Source: Octopus sinensis
Lineage: Eukaryota
Length of the DNA stretch: 64,000 bases
Direction: 5' to 3'
Assembly: GCF_006345805.1 (NCBI RefSeq)
Contig: NC_043023.1
Span: forward strand, 6,510,001 to 6,574,000
Made by a program: the position numbers and the translations under genes. Under the pieces are notes generated by a model. That model saw only the letters and a program-made list of their open reading frames with translations, was not told where the DNA came from and searched no databases. This document shows positions 40,485-53,169 of the stretch, piece by piece. Positions within the stretch are counted from its first letter, which is position 1. Every line of letters starts with the position of its first letter.

Positions 40485-40812
40485 CAGCGGCAGCTGCCCC
40501 AAAATGTCTGCGAGATACTACCTGTCTCTGAGGCATGATATTGTTGCAAAACCTATCTGCCATGCTACCCGAAAGAAGTACTGCTCTGACGTATACATCA
40601 AAAGCATTTCAGAACCAGCAGGTATTCACACATTTAAAAACAGAAAATATTGTTGGAACATCCCTCAAAACACATCGATTCGGTGCAAACATAACAGACC
40701 TGATATTGTTCCGTGGACAGAGAATAGAAGTCACGCAGTGTCGTTGTGGTCAGCTGGTCAGTGAATGTGAATGTACAATCAAGACCCAGGAAAAAGAGAA
40801 CATTTATCGCGA
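40485..40812 (+). mobile_element. Dong/R4-clade retrotransposon internal fragment
   Basis: SGSCPKMSARYYLSLRHDIVAK...WNI...KHNRPDIV (RHD and RPDI motifs of the restriction-like endonuclease region). Confidence 0.7.
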
Positions 40813-40813
40813 A

Positions 40814-41220
40814 CTAGCAGTATCGCCCGGCGTTGCTCGGGTTTGTAAGGGAAATAACTATATAAGCATTTTTAGAGAGTTATAGCCAAAAAATAGCAAA
40901 AGAAAAAAATGCATTAAAAATGGAAAAAAAATGATGGTAAAATTTTTAAAAATCGTTGACTCATCGTAGAAATTTTTAGAAAGTTACTTCCCTTATATAA
41001 TAGCGAAAAAATGCATTAAAATGGGAAAAAAATGATGGTAACTTATTTTTTAAATCGTAGACTCATCGTAGACGCGCGCCAATACCCAGAAGGGCTCGAT
41101 ATGAATCACGACTATAAGATACCCGGTTTTGGTTAAACTGCACCGCAAAATGTGGGAGTAGTTAGGAATCTAAATCGTAGGAGACAGACACTCACACAAC
41201 TTCACTTTTATATATAAAGA
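40814..41220 (-). mobile_element. Non-autonomous Helitron-like element
   Basis: 5' TC, 3' hairpin + CTAG; shares 3' ~110 bp with 32552-32931. Confidence 0.65.
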
Positions 41221-41362
41221 TTAATGCAGAACATTAATCTATAAATTCTCGTTTGTAACAATTATGTTTCGAGCCTACGCTCTTCTGCAGAAGGAATAAA
41301 TGGGGACATATATACGTACATACATAAACACATGCATACACGCATGTATACATGCATACGTA

Positions 41363-41422
<60 letters not shown>

Positions 41423-41449
41423 ATGAAATCCGTTCTGTCTGTCTCTCTC

Positions 41450-41864
41450 TCTTTACTCTTTTACTCTTTTACTTGTTTCAGTCATTTGACTGCGGCCATG
41501 CTGGAGCACCGCCTTTAGTCGAGCAAATCGACCCCGGGACTTATTCTTTGTAAGCCCAGTACTTATTCTATCGGTCTCTTTTGTGAAACCGCTAAGTGAC
41601 GGGGACGTAAACACACCAGCATCGGTTGTCAAGCAATGCTAGGGGGACAAACACAGACATACAAACATACACACACATATATATATATATACATATATAC
41701 GACAGGCTTCTTTCAGTTTCCGTCTACCAAATCCACTCACATGGTATTGGCCGGCCCGGGGCTATAGCAGAAGACACTTGCCCAAGATGCTACGCAGTGG
41801 GACTGAACCCGGAACCATGTGGTTAGTTAGCAAGCTACTTACCACACAGCCACTCCTGCACCTA
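41450..41864 (-). mobile_element. Full-length SINE A
   Basis: Reverse complement of 7374-7800 and 46030-46437. Confidence 0.85.
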
Positions 41865-41894
41865 GGATCTCGGGCATCCTCCATCCGATTGCGC

Positions 41895-42034
41895 TCAAAT
41901 TCGATTCCAGGTGAGAATGCGATCGATAAAGCCGTGGGAACGTGCATTTGTACGCGCAAGCACATCAGCTGTTGCGATCGATACTACGCGTACGCGAGAA
42001 AAATGCACAAGCAGTTTGCGCCAAAAAAGCCGGC
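41895..42034 (-). other. Candidate alternative exon (terminal/poison, or 5'UTR of a short isoform)
   Basis: aacaaacag|GC CGG CTT...; the phase-1 frame is open for 45 codons (RLFWRKLLVHFSRVR...ILTWNRI*); CpG-rich unique island. Confidence 0.35.
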
Positions 42035-42304
42035 CTGTTTGTTGTGAGAAAATTTGGTTTAAATGTTTGACAACTCAGCACCGTCCATTGGACGGGTGGG
42101 GGTGGGGGGGTCTTTTGCTCGTATATATATATGTAATTGAATAAAATAAAGTCATCAAGAAGGAGTACGGTTACAAAGACTATTGAAAAGGTTGTAAGAC
42201 GCAACTAAATTTTAGGAAAATAATAAGAAATAAGTGGAAATTTTATCGGTGAGTGTGTTACATTATAAGGCACAAAAAGAAAATGACTCTCCCCAGACAC
42301 AACA

Positions 42305-42356
<52 letters not shown>

Positions 42357-42930
42357 GTGTGTGTGTATATATATATATGTATATAGTCATACATATATAT
42401 AAGATATATATGTATATGTATATGTATGTATATATATATATATATACGTATTCATACATATATATGACAAACATACGTACATACATATATACATACATAC
42501 ATGCATACATACATGCATACATACATACATACATACATACATACATACATACATACATACATGCATACATGCATACATACATACATACATACATACATAC
42601 ATACATACATACCGGGTGTGGCATATACATTTACCCATTCTTCAAACATAAACTGATATACTGTTGTTTGCAAAAGTACTTGCGAATTGTTCAATGCATC
42701 CTAAAATCTTTTTGTTTCCTTGTCCACCCTTTACTGAATATGGCGGCCCAGACAAAACACATGAAGAAATTGTTGTATTCAAAATGGCTGGTGTAAAGAA
42801 TAGTGAGGCGATAAAGCAGTTGAGCAAAGGTTAAGGGCTATGGCGAAAGCAAACGGTGGCCATTTTGAATTGTAAATATATACGTAAAATACTGTCAATG
42901 AATATAACAACTTGTAAACTTTCATTAACC

Positions 42931-44683
42931 TATTTCTTTACTACCCACAAGGGGCTAAACGTAGAGGGGACAAACAAGGACAGACAAACGGATTAAGTCG
43001 ATTATATCGACCCCAATGCGTAACTGGTACTTATTTAATCGACCCCGAAAGGATGAAAGGCAAAGTCGACCTCGGCGGAACTTGAACTCAGAACGTAACG
43101 GCAGAGGAAATACCTATTTCTATTTCTTTATTGCCCACAAGGGGCTAAACACAGAGGGGACAAACAAGGACAGACATAGGTATTAAGTCGATTACATCGA
43201 CCCCAGTGCGTAACTGGTACTTAATTAATCGACCCCGAAAGGATGAAAGGAAAAGTCGACCTCGGCGGAACTTGAACTCAGAACGTAACGGCAGAGGAAA
43301 TACCTATTTCTATTTCTTTATTGCCCACAAGGGGCTAAACACAGAGGGGACAAACAAGGACAGACATAGGTATTAAGTCGATTACATCGACCCCAGGGCG
43401 TAACTGGTACTTAATTAATCGACCCCGAAAGGATGAAAGGCAAAGTCGACCTCGGCGGAACTTGAACTCAGAACGTAACGGCAGAGGAAATACCTATTTC
43501 TATTTCTTTATTGCCCACAAGGGGCTAAACACAGAGGGGACAAACAAGGACAGACATAGGTATTAAGTCGATTACATCGACCCCAGGGCGTAACTGGTAC
43601 TTAATTAATCGACCCCGAAAGGATGAAAGGCAAAGTCGACCTCGGCGGAACTTGAACTCAGAACGTAACGGCAGAGGAAATACCTATTTCTATTTCTTTA
43701 TTGCCCACAAGGGGCTAAACACAGAGGGGACAAACAAGGACAGACATAGGTATTAAGTCGATTACATCGACCCCAGGGCGTAACTGGTACTTAATTAATC
43801 GACCCCGAAAGGATGAAAGGCAAAGTCGACCTCGGCGGAACTTGAACTCAGAACGTAACGGCAGAGGAAATACCTATTTCTATTTCTTTATTGCCCACAA
43901 GGGGCTAAACACAGAGGGGACAAACAAGGACAGACATAGGTATTAAGTCGATTACATCGACCCCAGGGCGTAACTGGTACTTAATTAATCGACCCCGAAA
44001 GGATGAAAGGCAAAGTCGACCTCGGCGGAACTTGAACTCAGAACGTAACGGCAGAGGAAATACCTATTTCTATTTCTTTATTGCCCACAAGGGGCTAACA
44101 CAGAGGGGACAAACAAGGACAGACATAGGTATTAAGTCGATTACATCGACCCCAGGGCGTAACTGGTACTTAATTAATCGACCCCGAAAGGATGAAAGGC
44201 AAAGTCGACCTCGGCGGAACTTGAACTCAGAACGTAACGGCAGAGGAAATACCTATTTCTATTTCTTTATTGCCCACAAGGGGCTAAACACAGAGGGGAC
44301 AAACAAGGACAGACATAGGTATTAAGTCGATTACATCGACCCCAGGGCGTAACTGGTACTTAATTAATCGACCCCGAAAGGATGAAAGGCAAAGTCGACC
44401 TCGGCGGAACTTGAACTCAGAACGTAACGGCAGAGGAAATACCTATTTCTATTTCTTTATTGCCCACAAGGGGCTAAACACAGAGGGGACAAACAAGGAC
44501 AGACATAGGTATTAAGTCGATTACATCGACCCCAGGGCGTAACTGGTACTTAATTAATCGACCCCGAAAGGATGAAAGGCAAAGTCGACCTCGGCGGAAT
44601 TTGAACTCAGAACGTAACGGCAGAGGAAATACGGCTACGCAATTCGTCCGACGTGCTAACGTTTCTGCCAGCTCGCCGCCTTC
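42931..44683 (-). repeat. SINE D with its 190-bp body amplified into 9 tandem copies
   Basis: Units start at 42931, 43121, 43311, 43501, 43691, 43881, 44071, 44260, 44450; one tRNA-like head at ~44630-44683; CATTAACC on both flanks. Confidence 0.92.
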
Positions 44684-45069
44684 CATTAACCAAAACTTTC
44701 ATTAACCAAAACCTAAAACTTTATATTTGGGGAGGTCATATTTTTGCCATTTAAAGACATTCGCTATATATTTGGTCTTCAGTTCAACTTATTTTAGTGT
44801 CTTTTGTCTAAGCTCTTTCGTCGTATATTCTATGAGATACGTGGGATAAAGTGGTCTTAAAGAAAGGACACCAAAGTAAGAATAATGAAGGAGCTGAAGT
44901 TAAGGACGCGTATATAGTGTGTGTGTGTGTTTAATTGGCAAGAGTATGGCCATCTCCGAGTATAAGAATATCTGTTTCGACATACGATTTCACACAAGGA
45001 ATCTTGCAAGACAAATATATAAACGTGAAGCTTTTTATGATGAAATAAATAATGGGTAAGTATATGTAC

Positions 45070-45106
<37 letters not shown>

Positions 45107-45696
45107 TTTGTGTGTGTATGTATGTATGCATGTATGTATGTGTGCGTTTGCGTGTGCGTGTTTGTGCGTGTGTATGTTTGTATGAATGTGTGTGTGTGTG
45201 TGTTTGCGTGTGTGTTTTTGTGTGTATGTATGTATGTAAGTATGTACGTATGTACGTACGTAAGGATGTATGTATGTATTATGTATGTATGTATGTATGT
45301 GTGCGTTTGTGTGTGTGTATGTATGTATGTATGTATGTATGTATGTATGTATGTGTGCGTTTGTGTGTGTGTTTGCGTGTGTGTTTGTGTGTGTATTGTT
45401 TTTGCGTGCGTTTGTGTGTGTGCACGCTTATGTTTGTATTTAAGCAAATGTATGCCTACGAAAGAACAGCTGGATAGATTGGTGGACGCATGTATCTATA
45501 CATGTTCGTGTCTATATATATATATATATATAATATATTATATTAAATTAGAGACAAAACCACTATCATGCAATATTATGATTTGCCTAATAGTGGTTTT
45601 GTCTCTAATTTAATATAATATAATATTTTACTATAAAATTGGATTCAATCCTAAATCTGATTTTTCCCTGTAAATTTGGATTTATTCCCTAATATT

Positions 45697-45727
<31 letters not shown>

Positions 45728-45731
<4 letters not shown>

Positions 45732-45948
45732 AGAAGGTGCTGAAAAGTTCCTGGTTTTAAGGGTATCATGAAGGGCCTGGGTCGAGGCCCAACCCTCCAA
45801 GTTCTTTTAGAGGGTTTAGAAAAACTGAAGGACTGCTGCAATAAGTGTGTGAACCTTAGAGTAGAATATGTTAAATAAAATCATAATTAACTGATCCTAC
45901 TGTATTTTCTTTTACCCAAAGCCAGGAACCTTTCAGCTCTCCTTCGTA
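45728..45948. mobile_element. Mariner-type MITE
   Basis: Imperfect TIRs TA...GCTGAAAAGTTCCTGG / CCAGGAACCTTTCAGC...TA. Confidence 0.55.
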
Positions 45949-46029
45949 TGGATAGATATATGGTGTGTTTATGCGTTCGACTGTATATGGTTTAAATAAA
46001 CGGCGCCCATATTGGAGGCAGGAAGTCTA

Positions 46030-46437
46030 CAGGCGCAGGAGTAGCTGTGTGGTAAGTAGCTTGCTTACCAACCACATGGTTTCAGGTTCAGTCCCACCGC
46101 GTGGCACTTTGGGCAAGTATCTTCTACTATAGCCTCGGGCCGACCAAAGCCTTGTGAGTGGATTTGGTAGACGGAAACTGAAAGAAGCCTGTCGTGTATA
46201 TGTATATATGTATATGTGTGTGTGTTTGTGTGTCTGTGTTTGTCCTCCCAACATCGCTTGACAACCGATGCTGGTGTGTTCATGTCCCTGTAACTTAGCG
46301 GTTCGGCAAAAGAGACCGATAGAATAAGTACTAGGCTTACAAAGAATAAGTCCTGGGGTCGATTTGCTCGACTAAAGGCGGTGCTCCAGCATGGCCGCAG
46401 TCAAATGACCGAAACAAGTAAAGAGAGTAAGAGTAAG
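46030..46437 (+). mobile_element. Full-length SINE A just downstream of the giant-exon donor
   Basis: Homologous to 7374-7800. Confidence 0.85.
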
Positions 46438-46463
46438 CGATTGTATTACGAGAATAATCGTAC

Positions 46464-49400
46464 CTTTTTTCGGGGTTCCAACACCCGCTTCACGTTTTAA
46501 TTGCTCAATACGCGATAGCGTGGTGCAATCCGTCCTTGGCGTGGTTTCGTCGGTCTTACCTCCGTCGGCTTCCACCTCGACCGAGGGTTCGGAGTCGCCG
46601 ATACGTGTTTCGCATGACGGGGGTGTTTTATGATCACCAGCGACACGTTTGACGAAATTTCCGGTTGACTCAGAAAGAGCCTCCATAACAAAGTTGTCTC
46701 CTTCACCCATGTAGCTTTTATTTTCATGTTGCTTGTTGTGTTCGTCTGGTTCTTCGGGTCCGGTCCAGTTGCGGTGAAATCCAGTTTCCAGGATCGAACA
46801 ACTCAAGGATTGCATCGACTCGAGTTGATCGTCGCTGATTTTCTCTTCCTTAATAGTTAAAGCTAAAGCCGTTTGGAAATCTATGGTTTCCTCGGGTTTC
46901 AATGAAGAATCTTCATAACGTTGACAATCTGTTTTCGGTTCGTCGGTGATGGTCGTTTCTGGGGAATATCTATTTTGTTCAGATGACAGTGTGTTTTCCA
47001 GCTGCCACTCTCTCTGCATTTCTTCATCCGTTGTGTTGCAGACATCACCAAGACCTTCACCACTTTCGTCCCGTTCCTGATCTCGATTCTGGTCATCGTT
47101 CGTGTTGTCACTTAAATCTTCGTCTTGTTTGTTCAAAATTTTGAAATCAGAGAAAGAACGATCAGTATTTTCAGTGATTTCCAAAACGGGGGACATTTCA
47201 CCGCGATTGAAACAAGACTCATAAGTATCTATAATACTATTCGCCATTTTGTCTTCTTCAAATTTCCAGTTGAGACCTTTGTCGACAGAATCGACTATGC
47301 ACAAACTCGTGTTATTTTCCTTTTCAACGATATTCTCGTCGTATTTTTCAAGATTATTGCAGTTATTTTCCAAGATAATTCCTTCGTCCTCGCTTGCGTC
47401 ACTGTTAAAATGTCTAGCTTTTCTCTCCGTTGGTAAAACGACGTTGACGTAGCTCTCAAGGATTTCTTCACTTTCAGTGTTTATCTCTTCCCCGTTTTTC
47501 GTCAACCTCCTCGTATTAGTCTCTTCGCAAAGATTAGCTGCGTATTTTGTGACCGTACACTTCTTTTCTGGTTCCTCTACATACGACTTTGAGCAGTAGA
47601 GTTCTTCAGTTAAACTGTCATTCCTCTTGTTAGCTTCCCCGCCATTTTCAATGATGTCACAAGTCACGTGAGCTACGTCACAATCGGAGAATTCATGGAC
47701 GGTATCTTCTTCAAATTCGAACGAAGTACTCGGAGTAGCAGCGCCTTCAAAATTCACAGAATTTACAGAATGAGATTTATGAATTTGAAGTGCCGCATTA
47801 GATATTGAATCTTTACCCTTCACAAATTCGTCCGTCTCGGAAAACTCAGAGCCTTGCAGATTGCGTCTATTGAACTCGAAGACGCTTCGATTATTAACAG
47901 AATTGTTCATGTTGGACCCATAAACCGGGTTTACATCTTCTCTCTTTATCGTTTCCAAATCTTCAACTCCAGTAAATCCTAAAACAACGTATTCGGGCAA
48001 CTCTTTATCTTCCATCTCGTCTCGCATAAAGTCTTTCTTCGCACAAACTGTGGAAATATCTGTAGTAACATTTTTTGAATCATCGTCTGAATGCCCGCAT
48101 ACTTTCCTGCCTTTCACCAAATTCGATCTCGTACAGGGACATCCTTCTGTTGGTTCAATGTTTTCCTCGATCACCGGATAATCCATATCTTTGTAGGAGA
48201 TACTTGTAAACAGTGTATAGTCGCTGTCTTCCGTTAAATCAGAGTAACTACGATCTTTGTCCGTCCCATTAACCTCTCCGCTAGCGGAGGCAGCAGACAT
48301 ATCGCCTGTATAAGCAATGCAACGTTCGACCGAGTAGCCAGTGACTTCTTCATCGTAACGATTGTTCGAAGTGTTGTTGCCTTCGGTAGTGAGTCGTGTG
48401 TACTTCCCTGTCTGTTGTAAGGGACACAAGTCGAGCTCTCCCTCAAGAGAAGACGGCATATCTAAAGGGTTAGACAACGCCGTGTTAGTGGTATTTTGTC
48501 TGGAGTAGCCGATCGGTCCGTCGTCACCATGTTCTTTGTAACCAGTACCCTCTCCTTCCGGTCGTCGTTCTGTGATTCTGTGACCATCTCGATTTACAGG
48601 ATGTCCGTCTCCGTCCGTAGCGTCGTTGCAACCACTGTACATGCTCAATGCACGTCCTATAACATTGGAACCAACGGCGTCTCCGCCCCGACGGTGATCC
48701 TCGCCATCTCCAACGTTTCCTCGGTAGCCGGTCATGTGATGCATGTAATAGTCATTTCCGTTATCACAGCTCTTGCTATTCATCCCTGCAGCAAAATCTG
48801 CAACTTCCGCTTCCAGTTTATATCCTGTCACAGCACCGATACTTCCGCTTTTACTATGCTCAGCATTCACATCGTAACCGGTGACGTCTCTACTTTCATT
48901 TTCGCAACGACCCTTTGCATCCTGTCCGGCGCCGAACCCGGTGGTGGTGTCGAATTCATCGGCCTCTTTTCCGTCGCCATCCAATCGGGAACCTTTGTCG
49001 CAGGTATAACTCGTGACGTCTAAGAAACCGCTATAACAACTTCCGGTTGGTTCATAATTTCTCTCTACTCCGCTGGCTCCTTCTTCGAGAGAATGGTACT
49101 CGGGAGTCGTGATACTAGTCTGTCTTAGGTACCGGGGTACAACTTTATCACTATCGCTGAAACCAACAGTACTATTACCACACGTGACCGTGTCGTCGGC
49201 CTCGACACAGCTGTCACCACTAGCGCCACCTTGCCGGCAGGTCATGTCAGAAAGGGTGGACATTTTGTCTGTCCAGTTTTCCTTCATATAACCGAATGTG
49301 CAAACATCTCCTGAGCAAACGATGTTTGCACTACAGTCCGCAGCCTCGTTTTCAACCCTCTGCCTCCACCTTTCATCCGGGTACTGTCCATTATCTTCTT

Positions 49401-49787
49401 CTTCCGGGATGTCATCGAGATTGTCACATCCGGTGAATATATTTTCATATCCAGTATATATATTGTCACTTCCGCTGTGATTTTTGTCTTTTTCAGAGTA
49501 CATGTTACTACTTCCGGAATAGGTGGCGTCAATTTCGGAGAAGATATTTCTTCCGGTATATAAATTGTCGCTCGCAGACAACATATTACTTCCTGAATAC
49601 GCAGAATCACTTCCGAGATTGATAGTGTCCTGTTTAGTGTACATTGCCTCACTTCCAGAATACATAACTTCATTATTTCCGGTGTACATATTTTCAGTTC
49701 CGGTATATGATTTATCATTTCCAATGAACATATTACTTCCTTCATTAGTCGTGTCACTTCCTGGATAAACAGTGTTAATACCAGACA

Positions 49788-49848
<61 letters not shown>

Positions 49849-52148
49849 TCCGAGATATAAGTTGTCACTTCCGGAATATCGGGGTAGACAGCTGCTGCCA
49901 TCATTATCGTGGTGGCTGTGTTGATAGTCATTGTCTTGCATATCATTAGTGTTTTCTTTACACATGACCCCGAAGGCAGTTTTAGTTGTGCAGTGAACAG
50001 CAGCTTCAGCGCATTTTTCCCCATCGAAGCGTTTCAGCGAACTTTCGCCATTTTGTTTTCCGTCAGTCGACATCGCTGCTTCTTCCGAGAAACGACCGTC
50101 CTGTCGATTTTCGGCGCAGCGTTCGAAACCATAACGGTCGAACTGTTGTTGATGTTGCTGTTGTTGTTGGTGGTGATGGTGGTGATCGTCAGAAAGGTGG
50201 GTATCGTACTGGTCAAGTTGGTCTAGTGATCGGACGCCGCGGTTTCCAGTTGCATTGGTGTCCGATTCCAAATTAGCCAAATCACTTCCAGAATAGGTAG
50301 TTTCGTCAGAACTTAATCTATTTTTACTAATGCTGCTACTGTTCTTGTTGTTGCTGCCGTTGTCAATGTAGATGTTGATACTAGTGTTATAATTGCTGTA
50401 GGGTTCGCCACTGCAGCTAGTAAAATCGTTATTATTGCTGCTACTGTAGACGGTGCTGCTGTATTCCTTACGAGAGACGCCATCTTGAAGTTCTCCACCG
50501 TCGCCACTGGTGACTACGCCTTCATTTGCACCGCCAATAAAAACAGCGAAGCCACTACCGGTTTCTGTGAAACTGTTCCGTGGTTGTTCGGCGGTTGTAT
50601 CCGTTAGAGGATATTCTTGTCCGGCAAAGGAATCCGTTAGAGGGAGCTTGCTTTCACTGAAAGTGTCTGGTGGAGGATGTACTCGTGCATCTTCGGAGAA
50701 AGGGTTCAGCAAAGTTACCTCGTGTTTAACAAAAGGGTTCATCTGGAAACGTTCGAATCCACTGAAGGAATCCACCAGGGACCATTCGCGTTCGGTGACG
50801 TTTCTCGCAACCGTTGGCATGGATGTGGAAGTGAACTTCCGTGAATGATCGACAACATCTTCGATCGAATCGCAGTTTTGTCCCCAATGACTGCCATCAA
50901 GCTCACAGCCTCCACTACCACCGTTACTATTATTATAATTAGCAGCAGTATTAATATTAGTCGAGGTAGTAGTGGTAGCAGTGGTTGTAGTACTCTCCGT
51001 ATGGCCACTGTTCGTCACCGCCATTTCCCTGAGGGGGAAAGAAATTTCGTCGCGCCGAGAAAAATCGTTAATCTCGCGTGTGTTGCGCTCGTTCTCGTAA
51101 CTCGTCGGCCATTTGCAAAAATTATGCAATTCGTCTCCAAATTCTTGTTGTTGTCGTAGTTGTTCTTCTTTATCCTCTTCTACGTCTCGTCTTTTTTCCT
51201 CCTTCACAAATACCACAGTTTCTCTTCTTTCTTCTCGTCCTCCTCGCTTTTTTCCTGCTGTTCCTCCTACCACCGGCTCTTCCTTTCGTTTCCCTTTCCC
51301 CCTCCGCCGTCGACTCCCTCCACCACTTCGACCATTGAACTCTCCTCCTCCTCCTGTTGTTTCTCGTCCGGTCAGTCCTGCTGTTGCTTTTCCTTCGCTC
51401 GCGTCTCTTCTTCTTCTTCCTCCTCCTCCTCCTCCTCCTCCTCCACCTCCTTCAACAAGCAGTCCGCTTTCTCCTTCTCCGTTTTTCTTTCTTCTTCTAC
51501 CTCCTCCTAAACCGCCAGCACCAACGCCAACACCACCATCACTACTCCCGGCTCTACTACCTCCACCACCATCACCATCACCATCACCACCACCAACACC
51601 AACACCATCACCACCATCAGCAGCATCTACCCCGCTACTTTCATTACCAGCCTTCGTTTCTTCTCTCTTTCCTTTTTTTACACCAGGCTTCTTTACTCCA
51701 CCTCCTCCTCCTTCCTCTCCTCGTCCTCCACCTCCTCCTCTTAATTCTCCTCTCACACTTTCTTTCACGCAAAAGTTTCCTCCTACCTCTTCGGCTCTTG
51801 TTTCGCCGTCGTCATCGTCGTCATCGTCTCTGCCACCGCCGCCGCCGCCGTGGTCGCCATTGTGCTCTTCAAGTTCCGCCTCTTCCTTTCGCTCTTCCTT
51901 TTCTTCTTCCTCTCGTTCCTCTTCCTCCGCCTCTTCCTCCACCTCTTCCTCCTCATCCTCGTCGTCGTCGCCATCTTTGTCGTCATCAATGAATTTAAAG
52001 TACGAATCCACAAAAGCTATATTCTTGGCCCCGACTAGATGCGAGTTCCGATGAAGTTCGACCCCAGATTCTGTACCGGAAACCGCCTCGCCTCCACCAT
52101 CGCTCCTTCTGCCTCGAAGACGACCGTAACGATGATAATAATAATAAC

Positions 52149-52181
<33 letters not shown>

Positions 52182-52641
52182 TATCGATGGCTGTAATGGA
52201 TTCGGCGGTGGCGGCGGCAACGGTGGTGGTGGTGTTGGTGAAATCACTATTACTGATAGTTCTGCCGCTGTTGTTGCTGCTGCTCCCTTCGTTCCAAACC
52301 GGGTGGTAAATCCGGGTAGTATGGGAAGTATCGGTAGTAGTAGTAGTAGTAGACGCTGCCATCGATGTCGTAATCATCGTCGTCGTTGTAGTTCTAGAAA
52401 CAGCCTCGTTGTCGCTGCTGAAAGCCTCGTTGTCGTTGCCGCCGTCTTCGGCCATTTTGTACCCGGCAGTTGTAATCCAGCCGTCGTGGTGGTCGTAGGA
52501 CTGGTATTGTTGGCAATAACGATGGTAGCTTTCTGGGTCGAAATCTTCGTCGTAGTCTGAAGGGTCGGCGGTGGATTGGACTGTGATGGCGGCGGCGTGG
52601 CTGTACTCCCCCTTCATATGTCCGTCTTTAGTCTTATATAT
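46464..52641 (-). CDS. Giant (~6.2-kb) coding exon of an uncharacterised acidic, low-complexity protein
   Basis: More than 2050 stop-free codons; first ATG at 52617, possible phase-0 acceptor cattagtag|ATA TAT AAG at 52641; donor AAAAAAG|gtacga (phase 1) at 46464; internal simple repeats are trinucleotide, so frame-preserving. Confidence 0.9.
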
Positions 52642-52667
52642 CTACTAATGTTAGAATCTTAATAAAT

Positions 52668-52970
52668 GTAGTAGTAGTAGTAGTAGTAGTAGTAGAGGTA
52701 GTGATGGTAGCAGTAGAAGTAGTAGGCGGTGGTGGTGGTGGTAGCGGTGGTAGTAGCAGTTGTGGTGGTGGAGGTGATAGTGGTAGCGGTGGTAGTGGTA
52801 GTAGTTGTGGTGGTGGTGGTGGTGGAGGTAGTAGTGGTAGTAGAAGTAGTAGTAGTTGTGGTAGTGGTGGTAGTGGTAGTAGTTGTGGTGGTAGTGGTAG
52901 TGGTGGTAGTTGTAGTAGTTGTGGTGGCGGTGGTGGTAGTGGTAGTAGTTGTTGTGGTGGTGGTGGTTTT
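52668..52970. repeat. (GTA)/(GTG)/(GTT) compound trinucleotide repeat
   Basis: Direct reading. Confidence 0.9.
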
Positions 52971-53169
52971 AGTGTTATTGCAGTTACTGTTTAGTTCCAG
53001 GCAAGTGCTGATCTAACAACAAACCTATAAAAAAATCAAACGACGCTCCGTCCATGACCATCTCGTCTTGTTTTTTTTTCTTTTCTTTTTCAGGATTTAT
53101 TTCAGGTTACATTGTCCAATGTCCCCTTTCGTGTTCTTTAAAATAAAATTTTAAACGACAATAAAAAAA

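Noticed and set aside
41910-42047. Plus-strand exon reading ...KKPACLL*
   Set aside because: Not a full CaaX and no other plus-strand exons found; the minus-strand interpretation fits the gene better
42931-44683. Regular array resembling CRISPR
   Set aside because: No unique spacers, units are SINE-derived, eukaryotic context, no cas genes
46372-46463. Last ~30 aa of the 2081-aa ORF (TIILVIQ...MLEHRL)
   Set aside because: Lies past a good splice donor and runs into an antisense SINE A; probably intron read-through
51113-52054. 313-aa Pro/Ser-rich plus-strand ORF and other antisense ORFs over the giant exon
   Set aside because: Antisense shadow of the Gly/Glu/Arg-rich coding strand
52701-52994. 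Gly/Ser/Cys loricrin-like ORF
   Set aside because: Compound trinucleotide microsatellite; in-frame stops separate it from the giant exon on the minus strand
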